IMG/VR virus record: IMGVR_UViG_3300036803_000078
Location: 1-44,894 of that record
Strand: one strand, 5' to 3'
DNA from: a virus
Taxonomy: Duplodnaviria > Caudoviricetes
DNA: 44,894 bases
Shown here: positions 9,318 through 18,325 of the stretch, piece by piece
Layout: every line of letters starts with the position of its first letter
Position numbering within the stretch: the stretch's first letter is position 1
Program-made: the position numbers and the translations under genes
Notes under the pieces: generated by a model
The model's database searches: none
What the model was told of the DNA's origin: nothing
The model's input: the letters and a program-made list of their open reading frames with translations, nothing else

Positions 9318-10508
9318 ATGTTGGATTTCCCCGCCTCCCCCACTCTCAATCAGATCTTCACCGCCCCCAACGGCTCGACTTGGCGATGGGACGGAATCAA
9401 GTGGGCCACGACCTCGGCCGGAACCGCTTTCCTGCCGCTTGCGGGCGGAACGATGACCGGGCCGCTGATCCAAGCCGCCGATCCGGTGCAGCCGCTCGGC
9501 AGCGCGACCAAGCAATATGTCGACGCGACGAACATCCGCTACCGCAACCGCGTCATCAACGGCGACATGTCGGTCGATATTCGCAACGGGGGCGCGCTGG
9601 TCGCCGCGCCCGCTGCGAACACCTACATCATTGACCGTTGGAAACTCAACGCCAACATCGCCAGCAGGGGCAACGTCGGGCAAGGCCCCATGGGAGCGGT
9701 AGCGCAACCGGCGACTGGTGGTTTTCAGTATTGTCTGACATGGCAGACAACAACGGCTTACACCCCGGCAGCGGCTGATATTCTGAATTGGATACATTTC
9801 GTTGAAGGCTGCAATTTTAACGACGCGATGTGGGGGACCGCCAACGCGCAGCCAGTTGTTATAGAGTTTTGGGCGCAGGCCAGCATTGCTGGGACTTATG
9901 CAGTAGCATTACGAAACAATACAAACGCTCGCTCTTACGTAGCGACTTTTACGCTTCCCGGCACATGGACGAAGGTTCGGCTCAATATTCCCGGCGACAC
10001 GGCGGGAACATGGGCGGTGGCTAATAACGCCTTTGCAATCACTCTTACTTTCAATCTTGGCGATGGCTCTAACTTCGTTACGACGCCGAACGCGTGGCAG
10101 GCGGGCAATTTTTACACCGCTGCGGGCGTCGTCAATCCGGTCGCTACCCTCAACGCTTACCTCTACATCACGGGCGTTGCGCTGATGGTTGGCGCGGCGG
10201 CAAGCAACGCCGAGCCTGAGTTCCGTAAGTACAGCGACAATCTGATCGACTGCCAGCGGTATTTTAATAGAGCGCAAGTTGCGTTTAATGGTTATTCAAC
10301 ACCAGGTAGTGCCTATGCAAGTGGCTATTTTGGGACGAACCTGCGGGCTAGCGCAACTTTTACGCTTCTTACCAACAATTCCTCCAATTTCACCATTTCG
10401 AGTTATGCAAATTTGTTGGGATTTAACGGCGTGACGGTAGTCGGGAATGTAACGGCGACAGGGAATTACGGCATCAATCTCAACGTTGCAGCTGACGCGG
10501 ATTTCTGA
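9318..10508 (+). CDS. Tail fibre / receptor-binding protein 2 (paralogue of the C-terminal half of fibre 1)
   Basis: LDFPASPT...W.WDG.KW, FLPLAGGTMTG, ATKQYVD and RNRVINGDM...CQRYF. Confidence 0.8.
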   Translation: MLDFPASPTLNQIFTAPNGSTWRWDGIKWATTSAGTAFLPLAGGTMTGPLIQAADPVQPLGSATKQYVDATNIRYRNRVINGDMSVDIRNGGALVAAPAANTYIIDRWKLNANIASRGNVGQGPMGAVAQPATGGFQYCLTWQTTTAYTPAAADILNWIHFVEGCNFNDAMWGTANAQPVVIEFWAQASIAGTYAVALRNNTNARSYVATFTLPGTWTKVRLNIPGDTAGTWAVANNAFAITLTFNLGDGSNFVTTPNAWQAGNFYTAAGVVNPVATLNAYLYITGVALMVGAAASNAEPEFRKYSDNLIDCQRYFNRAQVAFNGYSTPGSAYASGYFGTNLRASATFTLLTNNSSNFTISSYANLLGFNGVTVVGNVTATGNYGINLNVAADADF

Positions 10509-10517
10509 GGCAAAACC

Positions 10518-10730
10518 ATGCGGCTCACTTACACATCTCCCGAAGAAAACACCATCAGGGTCACGCTCGACGAAGGCGAGAGCCTCGATGATCTCGTTGG
10601 CCCGATCGAGGCTTTTGTCCCGACTGACGAAGACAACAGGCACTTTGCTACAATCCGAGTTGAGGGCTTGGAGATCTACCGCTACGCAGCGCCGATGGTG
10701 AACGACATTCTTGGTCCTCGTTTCCGGTAG
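10518..10730 (+). CDS. Small fibre-associated protein (possible assembly chaperone)
   Basis: 70 aa after GAGG; FVPTD..NRHF motif common downstream of such fibres. Confidence 0.6.
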   Translation: MRLTYTSPEENTIRVTLDEGESLDDLVGPIEAFVPTDEDNRHFATIRVEGLEIYRYAAPMVNDILGPRFR

Positions 10731-10741
10731 AGGGGAATCCA

Positions 10742-11518
10742 TTGGCAGAAACGCTCACTCATAACTTCGGTTGGACGAAGCCTGACCCCGGGGCAAGCGC
10801 GAACACTTGGGGCGCGACGCTCAACGCGACCACCGACAAGATCGACAATCAGTGCTTCCTCAACCAACAGTCGGGCGTGCCCATCGGTTCTGGCGCTTTG
10901 TGGTTTACCAACACGCCGCCGACCAATTGGTTGATCTGCCAGGGTCAGTCGCTCGCCACCGCGACTTATCCGGCTTTGTTCGCGGTGATCGGCTACGCCT
11001 TTGGAGGTAGCGGGGCGAATTTCAATCTGCCGAGCTTCACAGATCGATTCCCGATTGGCGTCGGCGCCAACGCGCTCGCTGCGACCGGCGGCGCGGCGAG
11101 TGTCGCGCTCGCCACGACGATGATTCCGGCGCACGCCCATCCGATCACCGACGTCGTGCACAATCACACCATCAACCAAACGGCGCACGCCCATGGCGAT
11201 CCTGGCCACACGCACGGCGCATCCGGATCGCAGGACGCGCATAGTCATACGATCCCTGGGAGCGCAGGGTATGGCATCGGAGCGACCGCGCCGCCCAATC
11301 CGCTTGTCAATCAGGGCTCGACCCCGACCTCGACTGTGCAGCCCAACGTCTATGTCAACGTCGCCGCAGCCGGGACCGGCCTTCAGGCGGCCAACGCTAA
11401 CGTCTCGCTCAACGCTTCCGGCACCGGCTTGTCGACCACCCAGAACGCTGGCGGCGGCGCGGCGCATGAAAACCGGCCGCCGTTTCTCGGCGTTAACTTC
11501 ATCATTAAATTTCAATGA
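10742..11518 (+). CDS. Tail collar domain fibre protein
   Basis: P.G......PP..WL.CQGQ......YPALFAVIG..FGG....FNLP.., repeated HxH motifs and HENRPPFL..NFIIK. Confidence 0.88.
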   Translation: MAETLTHNFGWTKPDPGASANTWGATLNATTDKIDNQCFLNQQSGVPIGSGALWFTNTPPTNWLICQGQSLATATYPALFAVIGYAFGGSGANFNLPSFTDRFPIGVGANALAATGGAASVALATTMIPAHAHPITDVVHNHTINQTAHAHGDPGHTHGASGSQDAHSHTIPGSAGYGIGATAPPNPLVNQGSTPTSTVQPNVYVNVAAAGTGLQAANANVSLNASGTGLSTTQNAGGGAAHENRPPFLGVNFIIKFQ

Positions 11519-13128
11519 GCACTAAATTTACCGCCCTCGAAATTCCTCCCGGCGTCGTCGCTACGGCGACGAAGAAGATGCGTTCCAGCAACTGGGCGGA
11601 AGTCAATATGATGCGCTGGCGTGAGGGCCAGATGACTCCGTTCGGTGGCCAGTCGCGATATACCAACGTCGTTGGCGGGGTGGAGCAGTATGTCTTCGCC
11701 TCGCGCTGTAAGATGATCCACGGATGGTTTGGGCTAGATGGGCAATATCATATAGCCTATTTGTGCGAGACGGGGCTCTACGTCGACACTGGCGGCACGC
11801 TGTACAACATCACTCCGGCGGGCGGCATCGCCGCGCCGAGCGGCCTGGTCGGCGGCTTTGGCGACGGGCTTTATAGCGACAGCGCCTATGGCACGCCGCG
11901 CGCCATCCCTGGCTCGGTCGCCATCACCAAGGTGCCAGACGCCTATTCTCTCGACAATTTCGGCTCGATCCTTTACGCCATGACCTCGGCCGATGGTCGT
12001 CTCCTGATGTGGGATCCGGCGGTTGGCGGGCCCGCGGTCGTCCAGCCGCCAGCAAGCGGTCGCGGGCCGGTGCCGCATGGCCGCTGCTTCGTGGTGACGC
12101 AAGAGCGGTTCATCATGATCTTCGGCTCGACCCAGGACGGAACGACCGGCGGCGGCTCGTCGCGGCGTTTCGCCTGGTGCGACCAGGAGAACCCCGGCGC
12201 TTGGGATTACTCGAGCGTCACGTCGCAAGCTGGTTTCCTCGACATCGAGCCGGCAAGCCCGATCATCTGCGCCATCGCGACTCGCGTTGGCGTCCTCTCT
12301 TGGACCGCCAAGAAGGTCTACGCCTCGAGGTTTCTGGGCAGTCCGTATATTTATAATTACGCCGAACTGGCTGACGGCACGACGCCGTGGTCGCCGCAGT
12401 CGATGTGCACCACCTCGTCGCTGACGTTATGGTTCTCCGAGCAGGGCATGTTCAGCTACGACGGCACCTCGGTGCTGCCGGTGGGCTGCAAGGTTCGACC
12501 GTGGATCGACGACAACATCGATCCGATCTCGGTGCGAGAGCTCTCCTTCGCCTGTCATGTCGGTGAGTTCAATGAATGGTGGTGGTTCTTCCCGACGCTC
12601 AACAGCCCATTCAACACGCGTGCCGCGGTTTACAACTATAAAGAAGGCTGGTGGACGCAGGCGCAGTTGTCGCGCTCGGCTGGGATCACCTCGAGCTACA
12701 CTTCACACCCGATCATGACCGACGACACGGTCGCCTTTCAGCATGAGGTCGGCAACGTCTACGCCAACTTGAACATGCCGGTGGTGTTGCCGTTCGCGGA
12801 ATCGTTCGACCTCAACCTGACCTCTGGCGCGCAGCTGATCACTGTCAAGCAGATGATCCCCGACGTCGAGGCGGTCGACGCCTCCGATCCGACTGCGGTC
12901 AACAATATCATCGGCAATCTGCGATACAGCTTATTCTACAGGAACAGCCGCTCTTTAGGCCTGCCGGAACTGCAGACGCCGTGGATCACGCCGCGTTCGG
13001 ACGGCTTCGTCGATTTTCGCACCACCGGCCGGGACATCCGGTTGCGCCTCGACGTCGCGAGTTCGGTGGTCGAGCCTTTCACGTTGGGCCAGCATCTTGT
13101 GGATGCTATTCCAAGGGGCGACCGCTAA
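11515..13128 (+). CDS. Tail nozzle / packaged-DNA stabilization protein (tubular protein B-like)
   Basis: 537 aa beta-rich ORF with EIPPGV, WCDQEN...W and F.E.WWFFP...YNY.E..W; position after the fibres. Confidence 0.75.
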   Translation: MSTKFTALEIPPGVVATATKKMRSSNWAEVNMMRWREGQMTPFGGQSRYTNVVGGVEQYVFASRCKMIHGWFGLDGQYHIAYLCETGLYVDTGGTLYNITPAGGIAAPSGLVGGFGDGLYSDSAYGTPRAIPGSVAITKVPDAYSLDNFGSILYAMTSADGRLLMWDPAVGGPAVVQPPASGRGPVPHGRCFVVTQERFIMIFGSTQDGTTGGGSSRRFAWCDQENPGAWDYSSVTSQAGFLDIEPASPIICAIATRVGVLSWTAKKVYASRFLGSPYIYNYAELADGTTPWSPQSMCTTSSLTLWFSEQGMFSYDGTSVLPVGCKVRPWIDDNIDPISVRELSFACHVGEFNEWWWFFPTLNSPFNTRAAVYNYKEGWWTQAQLSRSAGITSSYTSHPIMTDDTVAFQHEVGNVYANLNMPVVLPFAESFDLNLTSGAQLITVKQMIPDVEAVDASDPTAVNNIIGNLRYSLFYRNSRSLGLPELQTPWITPRSDGFVDFRTTGRDIRLRLDVASSVVEPFTLGQHLVDAIPRGDR

Positions 13129-13406
13129 TGGCGACCTTCCCAACCGCGCCCGGCGAGCAACCGCCGCCGACAATCCCGGCGATCCCTGATCAATCGCCGC
13201 AGTTGATCAACTATCTGCAGACTTTCGCGCTGTGGTGCCGCAACGGTTTCAGGGCCAAGCTCGACGCCAATGTCGCGCTGCCGGGGATCATGATGCAGGC
13301 CAACGACGCTCCAGCGGGGACGGCGCCTGTTATCTGGCGTCTCGAGGTCAACACCGCCGGGCAATTCATCGCCTCGCGCGTCCCGCTCGGAGGCGGACGC
13401 CCATGA
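13128..13406 (+). CDS. Hypothetical tail-associated protein
   Basis: TAATG overlap with the nozzle gene; 92 aa. Confidence 0.65.
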   Translation: MATFPTAPGEQPPPTIPAIPDQSPQLINYLQTFALWCRNGFRAKLDANVALPGIMMQANDAPAGTAPVIWRLEVNTAGQFIASRVPLGGGRP

Positions 13407-13771
13407 CCGCGCACGTCCCTCATCCGTATGTGAAAAAGTTAGATAGAATTTTAGACCGGATGGGCGGGCTTTATCTGGCGAGCGACATTCTGCGCCTGGT
13501 GCGCGAAGGCCGGATGCAGATGTTCGCCGAAGGCGACAGCATCGCGGTCACTCAGATCTGCAATTTCCCCCGCGGCAAGGTGCTGGAGATCATCGCGGTG
13601 GTCGGTGATATCAATGACCTCAGAACGCTGCATGATCGGCTGCTGATTTTCGCCGCCGAGATCGGCGCAAGCGTCATTCAGGCGTTCGGCCGCAAGGGCT
13701 TCATGCCCGACGCCGAACGGCGTGGGTGGCGGGTGAAAGCCCGGTCCTTCGTCTATCAAAGGGACATGTGA
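13403..13771 (+). CDS. Conserved tail-module protein, GNAT-like
   Basis: ATGA overlap with GGAGG upstream. FPRGKVL.I..V.G...GA..I.AFGRKG pattern seen before podovirus ejection genes. Confidence 0.6.
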   Translation: MTAHVPHPYVKKLDRILDRMGGLYLASDILRLVREGRMQMFAEGDSIAVTQICNFPRGKVLEIIAVVGDINDLRTLHDRLLIFAAEIGASVIQAFGRKGFMPDAERRGWRVKARSFVYQRDM

Positions 13772-13772
13772 G

Positions 13773-15080
13773 ATGAGCAGCGGCACGTCAACGCAACAAA
13801 CAGATAGCTCGTCTGTAACGCAAATACCAGCCTGGATGCAGCAAGCAGGTGAGCAGAATTACGCTTACGCCCAGGACGTCGCCGGGCTTCCCTTGCAGCA
13901 ATATCAAGGTCAGATGGTGGCCGACACCGCGCCGCAGACCCAGCAGGCGTGGAACCTGGCGGCGAGCTCCGGCAACGTCGGCGGCGATCAGTATAACGCC
14001 TCGACCGCCGGCGACCTCAACGCGCTCGGGCAGACCATCAATCCGATAACAGCGTCGCAGATCTCGCAGCAGAACCTGTCGCCGTACATGAATCCCTACA
14101 CCCAAAGCGTGATCAACACGACGCTGCCCTTAATGCAGCAACAGAACGCCCTGTCGCAGAACCAGCAGGCGAACCAGGCCAACGCCGCCAACGCCTTTGG
14201 CGGCTCGCGCCAGGGCGTGCAGCAGGGCGTCGCCCAGGCGCAGGGCGCGCTCAACATCGGCCAGATGGCCTCGCAGCTCAATCAGGCCAACTTCCAGCAA
14301 GCGCAGGCCGCCGCCGGGACCGACGTCGCCTCGCAGAACGCCGCCAAGGCGGCCAACCAGACCGCGGCGCAGAACAAGATCAACAGCGACATCCTCGCCT
14401 CGCAGGGCCTCACCACCACTGGCAATTCGCTTAATACGGCCAACCAGCAGCAGTTCAACAACCTGATGACCGCCGGCGCGAGCCAGTCGATGCAGGCGCA
14501 AAACCAGATCAACAGCCAGATAGCCAAGTTCCAGCAGGCGGTCGACTACCCGCAACAGCAGCTCGGGACGCTGTTGTCAGCGCTTGGCATGACGCCGCAT
14601 GACACCTCGACCACCGGCTCGCAGACGACCGAGACGACCACCCCGACCGACTGGGCGTCGATCCTGACCAACGGGCTGAACGCTGGCGCCAATCTGTGGA
14701 AGGCGGCCTCCGACAAGAAGATCAAGAAGAACATCGTCTCGCTCGGGTCCGACCCGCTCACCGGGGTGCCGATCAAGAGCTTCAACTACAAGGGCCAAGC
14801 CCCCGGCGCTCCGAAAGTCATCGGTCCCTTGGCGCAGGACATCGAGAAGGCGGCGCCTGGATCCACCTCGAAGGTGGGCGGCGTCATGCATGTGCCGGTG
14901 GGCGTGCTCGCCAGGGCGACGCCGAGTGTCGCCGCACATCCGTCTTTCTCAGCCAATCAGATGATGCCCAACATAGCGACGATCAGCAAGGCGCTAACCA
15001 ATCCCCGTGCTGGCGCGCGCGCCGGAGGTCTCGCCAACACCAAGCGGCGTATGCCGATGGGGGCGCTGAGTGGCGCTTGA
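13773..15080 (+). CDS. Internal virion/ejection protein with C-terminal peptidase S74-like chaperone domain
   Basis: Gln/Ala/Asn-rich body with YMNPY and AFGGSR motifs. C-terminus SDKKIKKNI...SFNYK...GPLAQDIEK. Confidence 0.75.
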   Translation: MSSGTSTQQTDSSSVTQIPAWMQQAGEQNYAYAQDVAGLPLQQYQGQMVADTAPQTQQAWNLAASSGNVGGDQYNASTAGDLNALGQTINPITASQISQQNLSPYMNPYTQSVINTTLPLMQQQNALSQNQQANQANAANAFGGSRQGVQQGVAQAQGALNIGQMASQLNQANFQQAQAAAGTDVASQNAAKAANQTAAQNKINSDILASQGLTTTGNSLNTANQQQFNNLMTAGASQSMQAQNQINSQIAKFQQAVDYPQQQLGTLLSALGMTPHDTSTTGSQTTETTTPTDWASILTNGLNAGANLWKAASDKKIKKNIVSLGSDPLTGVPIKSFNYKGQAPGAPKVIGPLAQDIEKAAPGSTSKVGGVMHVPVGVLARATPSVAAHPSFSANQMMPNIATISKALTNPRAGARAGGLANTKRRMPMGALSGA

Positions 15081-16284
15081 CCTTAATTTTAATCCAACCT
15101 TCGGCGACCCGATCAGCAAGATGCGGGCCGACGCGGAGGCCCAAGGGATCAAGACCCACTTCACCTCCGGCGTGCGCTCGGCCGAAGATCAGCGTCAGCT
15201 TTACGCCAACTACATTGCCGGGCGTTCGGGCCAGCCGTTGCCCTATCCGGAGCGCGGCGCGGTGCCGCTGGCGGCGAAGCCGGGCACGAGCCTGCATGAG
15301 CGCGGCCTAGCCGCGGACCTCGAGGCTGACGATCCTAGCCAGCAGGCCGCGCTGTGGGCGCTCGCACCGAAATACGGATTGACCGCGCTCGGAGCGAAGG
15401 ATCCGGAGCACTTTCAACTTGCGAGCAACGCCATGGTGAGCAGACCGCACGACACGAGTAGCAGCGACAGCAGCGCTGCCGCGCCGGTCGACTTTCGCAA
15501 CAGCGTCTACCAGACCTTGATCGGCAAGGGGCTCAACCCCCAACAAGCCATGGGGGCAATGTACAGCCTGATGGGGGAATCAGGCCACGGCCTCGATCCC
15601 TCGAGCTTCAATCCGAACGACCCGGGCGGGGCGATGGGCTTTGCCCAATGGACCGGCGATCGCCGCGCCGGCCTGCAGGCGACCGCCAAGGAAATGGGGC
15701 TGAAGGAAAACGACCCGACCGCGCAGCTCGCTTATTTCAATCAGGAACTCGACGGCAAGTACAAGGGGGTCATTCAGCGCATCAAGGATAGCGCCTCGAG
15801 CGCCGCCGACGCGACCCGGATCTGGACCTCGGACTTCGAGGCGCCGAAGGTCAACAATTGGCAGGCGCGCTTCGCGCAGGGGTCGCAGATCGGCAAGGTC
15901 GGCGATGACGGCGCTCCAACGTGGACGACCGCGCCAGCCACCACTACGCCCGATGCGCCGGCGGCCCCACCCAAGACGGTCGGCGACGCGCTCGCGGCGA
16001 TCACCAAGCAGGGAACCGACGCCAAGGGCAATGAGACCCAAAGCCCACTGCAACAGCTCGGTGCGGCGTTCTCGCCCAAGCAGCAGCAGCAGCAGCAAGG
16101 CCCCTCGACGCCGATGCTGCAGGCGCCGCAAGACAATAGCGCCATGCTGGCGCAGCCGTCGCAGCAGCTCATGCAGCAGGTGATGGCGGCGTCAGCCAAA
16201 CCGCTATCATGGCAGACGACGCCTTATGGCTCCGGATCGGCCGGGCCCATCGGCACAACCCTCAACTCGTATGGGGTCAGCTAA
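15070..16284 (+). CDS. Virion-associated peptidoglycan hydrolase: M15-type peptidase plus phage tail lysozyme domain
   Basis: SGVRS..DQ..LY..AAKPGTSLHE.G.A.D..DPEHFQL (M15), then GL..QQA.G....L.GES..GA.GFAQW.G.R..QL.Y...EL (Phage_lysozyme2-like). Confidence 0.8.
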   Translation: MALDLNFNPTFGDPISKMRADAEAQGIKTHFTSGVRSAEDQRQLYANYIAGRSGQPLPYPERGAVPLAAKPGTSLHERGLAADLEADDPSQQAALWALAPKYGLTALGAKDPEHFQLASNAMVSRPHDTSSSDSSAAAPVDFRNSVYQTLIGKGLNPQQAMGAMYSLMGESGHGLDPSSFNPNDPGGAMGFAQWTGDRRAGLQATAKEMGLKENDPTAQLAYFNQELDGKYKGVIQRIKDSASSAADATRIWTSDFEAPKVNNWQARFAQGSQIGKVGDDGAPTWTTAPATTTPDAPAAPPKTVGDALAAITKQGTDAKGNETQSPLQQLGAAFSPKQQQQQQGPSTPMLQAPQDNSAMLAQPSQQLMQQVMAASAKPLSWQTTPYGSGSAGPIGTTLNSYGVS

Positions 16285-16892
16285 TGTCCCAACAGGATGT
16301 GATCAACGCCGAGATGATGGGCGGGATGTACGGCCCCAACCCCTATTCGGCCTACCAGGGCCGGATTCCCCTGCCTGGATATCGCGGCACGCCGACCGAC
16401 GCGATGGGCAACCCCATCGCTCCGTCGCAGGGCACGACGTTGAATTCGACGCCAGCCGCCGTTGCCGCGCCAGCTGCTGCGGCGCCGACGGCCGACCCCA
16501 ACGCGGGTCTACGCGCCTCGCTGGCGGGCCAGGGAGGTTATCAGGGCAATCCCCAGCTGTTCTCGTATCTCGCCAACCAGGGGCCATCCCCAGGCCAAAC
16601 GGCGTCGCTCGCAGCCATGGGCTATCCCGTGTCCACTACAGGAACAGGGGCGAACACAGCAGGAACAGCGAGCCCGGCGAGCCCGGCGCAGGGTTCATGG
16701 ATGGACGCGACTGGGCTTCTGTCGAACCCAGGCAAGGTGACCACCCCGGGCGCCACCGTGCCGCAGTCGACCGTCGGCTCGCAGCCCAGCGTGCTGCAGC
16801 AGTTCCTCTCTAACCAGAAGGGCGGGAGTGGGGCTGGCGGCTATAACAACGCGGGGTTCTTCGATACGCTAAACGCGCTCGGGAGCAGGTGA
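16284..16892 (+). CDS. Putative internal virion protein
   Basis: TAATG overlap; low-complexity Gly/Ala/Pro/Gln sequence within the ejection module. Confidence 0.6.
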   Translation: MSQQDVINAEMMGGMYGPNPYSAYQGRIPLPGYRGTPTDAMGNPIAPSQGTTLNSTPAAVAAPAAAAPTADPNAGLRASLAGQGGYQGNPQLFSYLANQGPSPGQTASLAAMGYPVSTTGTGANTAGTASPASPAQGSWMDATGLLSNPGKVTTPGATVPQSTVGSQPSVLQQFLSNQKGGSGAGGYNNAGFFDTLNALGSR

Positions 16893-16893
16893 C

Positions 16894-18324
16894 ATGCCCG
16901 TTGGTTTCGGCGGCCTCGTTACCGAGGCGCTCAGCGGCGGCGATCTCAACCAGCAGCTCGCTAACGCCCTCGCTGGCCCTAACCCCACGCCAAATCCGAA
17001 CGCTCCCCCCGGAGCGGCGCCGCCGACCGCGCCGGCGCCCGGCCAGACGCCGGCCCAGTCCTACGCCCCTGACCCGCAGAACGCCAACACCATTGCGCTC
17101 CTGCTCAAAGTTCATCAGCAAGACGCGATCAGCAACGATCTGAACCGCAACATCGCCGGGATCGCCGCCGGCTTTGGCACCGCTCAGCAGCAGCATGACA
17201 AGCAGGAGGCGCTCAACCACATGGGGCCGGGCGACGATCGCTTGGCCGCGCTGCAGAACATCGAGCAGATCACCGGCGAGCAGACAAAGCAGAACGAGCA
17301 CGCCCGCTTCATGGCTGGCGCCGACCTTCTGGGCCAGCAGATCCTCGGCCTCAAGCCCGGCCAAGGCGCGACAATGGCGGCCGGCGGCCTGATGCCGCAA
17401 CTCCTCCAATCGCACTTCCAGGGCCTGCAGCCGACCGACGCGATCAAGGACTACAACGCCGCGCGCCAGGCGCTGCGCGAACAGGGCTTGTCGGAAGACG
17501 AGATCAACCAGCGCATCCCGCCCGACATGCTGGTCAGCGCCATCGGCGGCCAGACGCCGGTGGAGAAAGACCTGCGCAACGACATTCGAATGTGGAAGGC
17601 GGCTCACCCGGACGGCACCACCGAGCAGATGTACGCCGAGCACCCCGGCTGGACGACGCTGACCGGCTACGCCGCCGAGAAGGCCGAGGAAACCAAGACC
17701 GCAGCCGTCGCCGCCACCGACAAGCTCAATTCCAAGGCCAACCTCTCCGACGTTGAAAAGACCAGCAAGCCGATCACCGACAATCTCGACGACCTGATCA
17801 ACAACTTCGATCACACGGTTACGGCGATCAAATACCCGGAAGTGGCTTCCGGGGCGATCGGCCGCGGGTTCGGCGCAGCTGGCCTCACCGATCAGAAGAC
17901 GCTCGATATGCGCGTTGCTCTCAACACGCTGCAGCAGCAACTGAAGAGCGACTCAATGCACAACATGAAGAACATCCGCACCCAGCGGGAGTTCGACGCA
18001 ATTGGCGGGGCGGCGAGCGGCATCTTCGATCCGAACAATTCGCCGGAGAAGATCAAGCAGGGGCTGTTGGATCTCAAGACCCGTTTCGGCCTCGCGCACG
18101 CCAACGCCATCGCTTCGGCCGGCGGCGAGGTGCCAGCCGAATACGCCGATCAGGTCAATCGGGATTATCTCACCAAGGGAAGCCCGCTCTACAATGGAGC
18201 GACAGTGGAGAAGGTGCCCGACTTCAGCGGTATGACCGGTCCGCAAGCCGATGCGGCGGTCGCCGCGCTGCCGCCAGGCGGCAAGTTCAGGGGTCCGGAC
18301 GGTAAGATCCACACGAGGAACTGA
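16894..18324 (+). CDS. Putative DNA ejection protein
   Basis: 476 aa helical protein ending LPPG.KF.GPDG motif; position in the ejection module. Confidence 0.65.
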   Translation: MPVGFGGLVTEALSGGDLNQQLANALAGPNPTPNPNAPPGAAPPTAPAPGQTPAQSYAPDPQNANTIALLLKVHQQDAISNDLNRNIAGIAAGFGTAQQQHDKQEALNHMGPGDDRLAALQNIEQITGEQTKQNEHARFMAGADLLGQQILGLKPGQGATMAAGGLMPQLLQSHFQGLQPTDAIKDYNAARQALREQGLSEDEINQRIPPDMLVSAIGGQTPVEKDLRNDIRMWKAAHPDGTTEQMYAEHPGWTTLTGYAAEKAEETKTAAVAATDKLNSKANLSDVEKTSKPITDNLDDLINNFDHTVTAIKYPEVASGAIGRGFGAAGLTDQKTLDMRVALNTLQQQLKSDSMHNMKNIRTQREFDAIGGAASGIFDPNNSPEKIKQGLLDLKTRFGLAHANAIASAGGEVPAEYADQVNRDYLTKGSPLYNGATVEKVPDFSGMTGPQADAAVAALPPGGKFRGPDGKIHTRN

Positions 18325-18325
18325 G

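Noticed and set aside
8341-10508. Diversity-generating retroelement (TR/VR pair)
   Set aside because: There is no reverse transcriptase, both copies are coding, and the differences are not adenine-specific.
16081-16098. (CAG)n microsatellite
   Set aside because: Only a short poly-Gln run in a disordered region; not a phase-variation tract.
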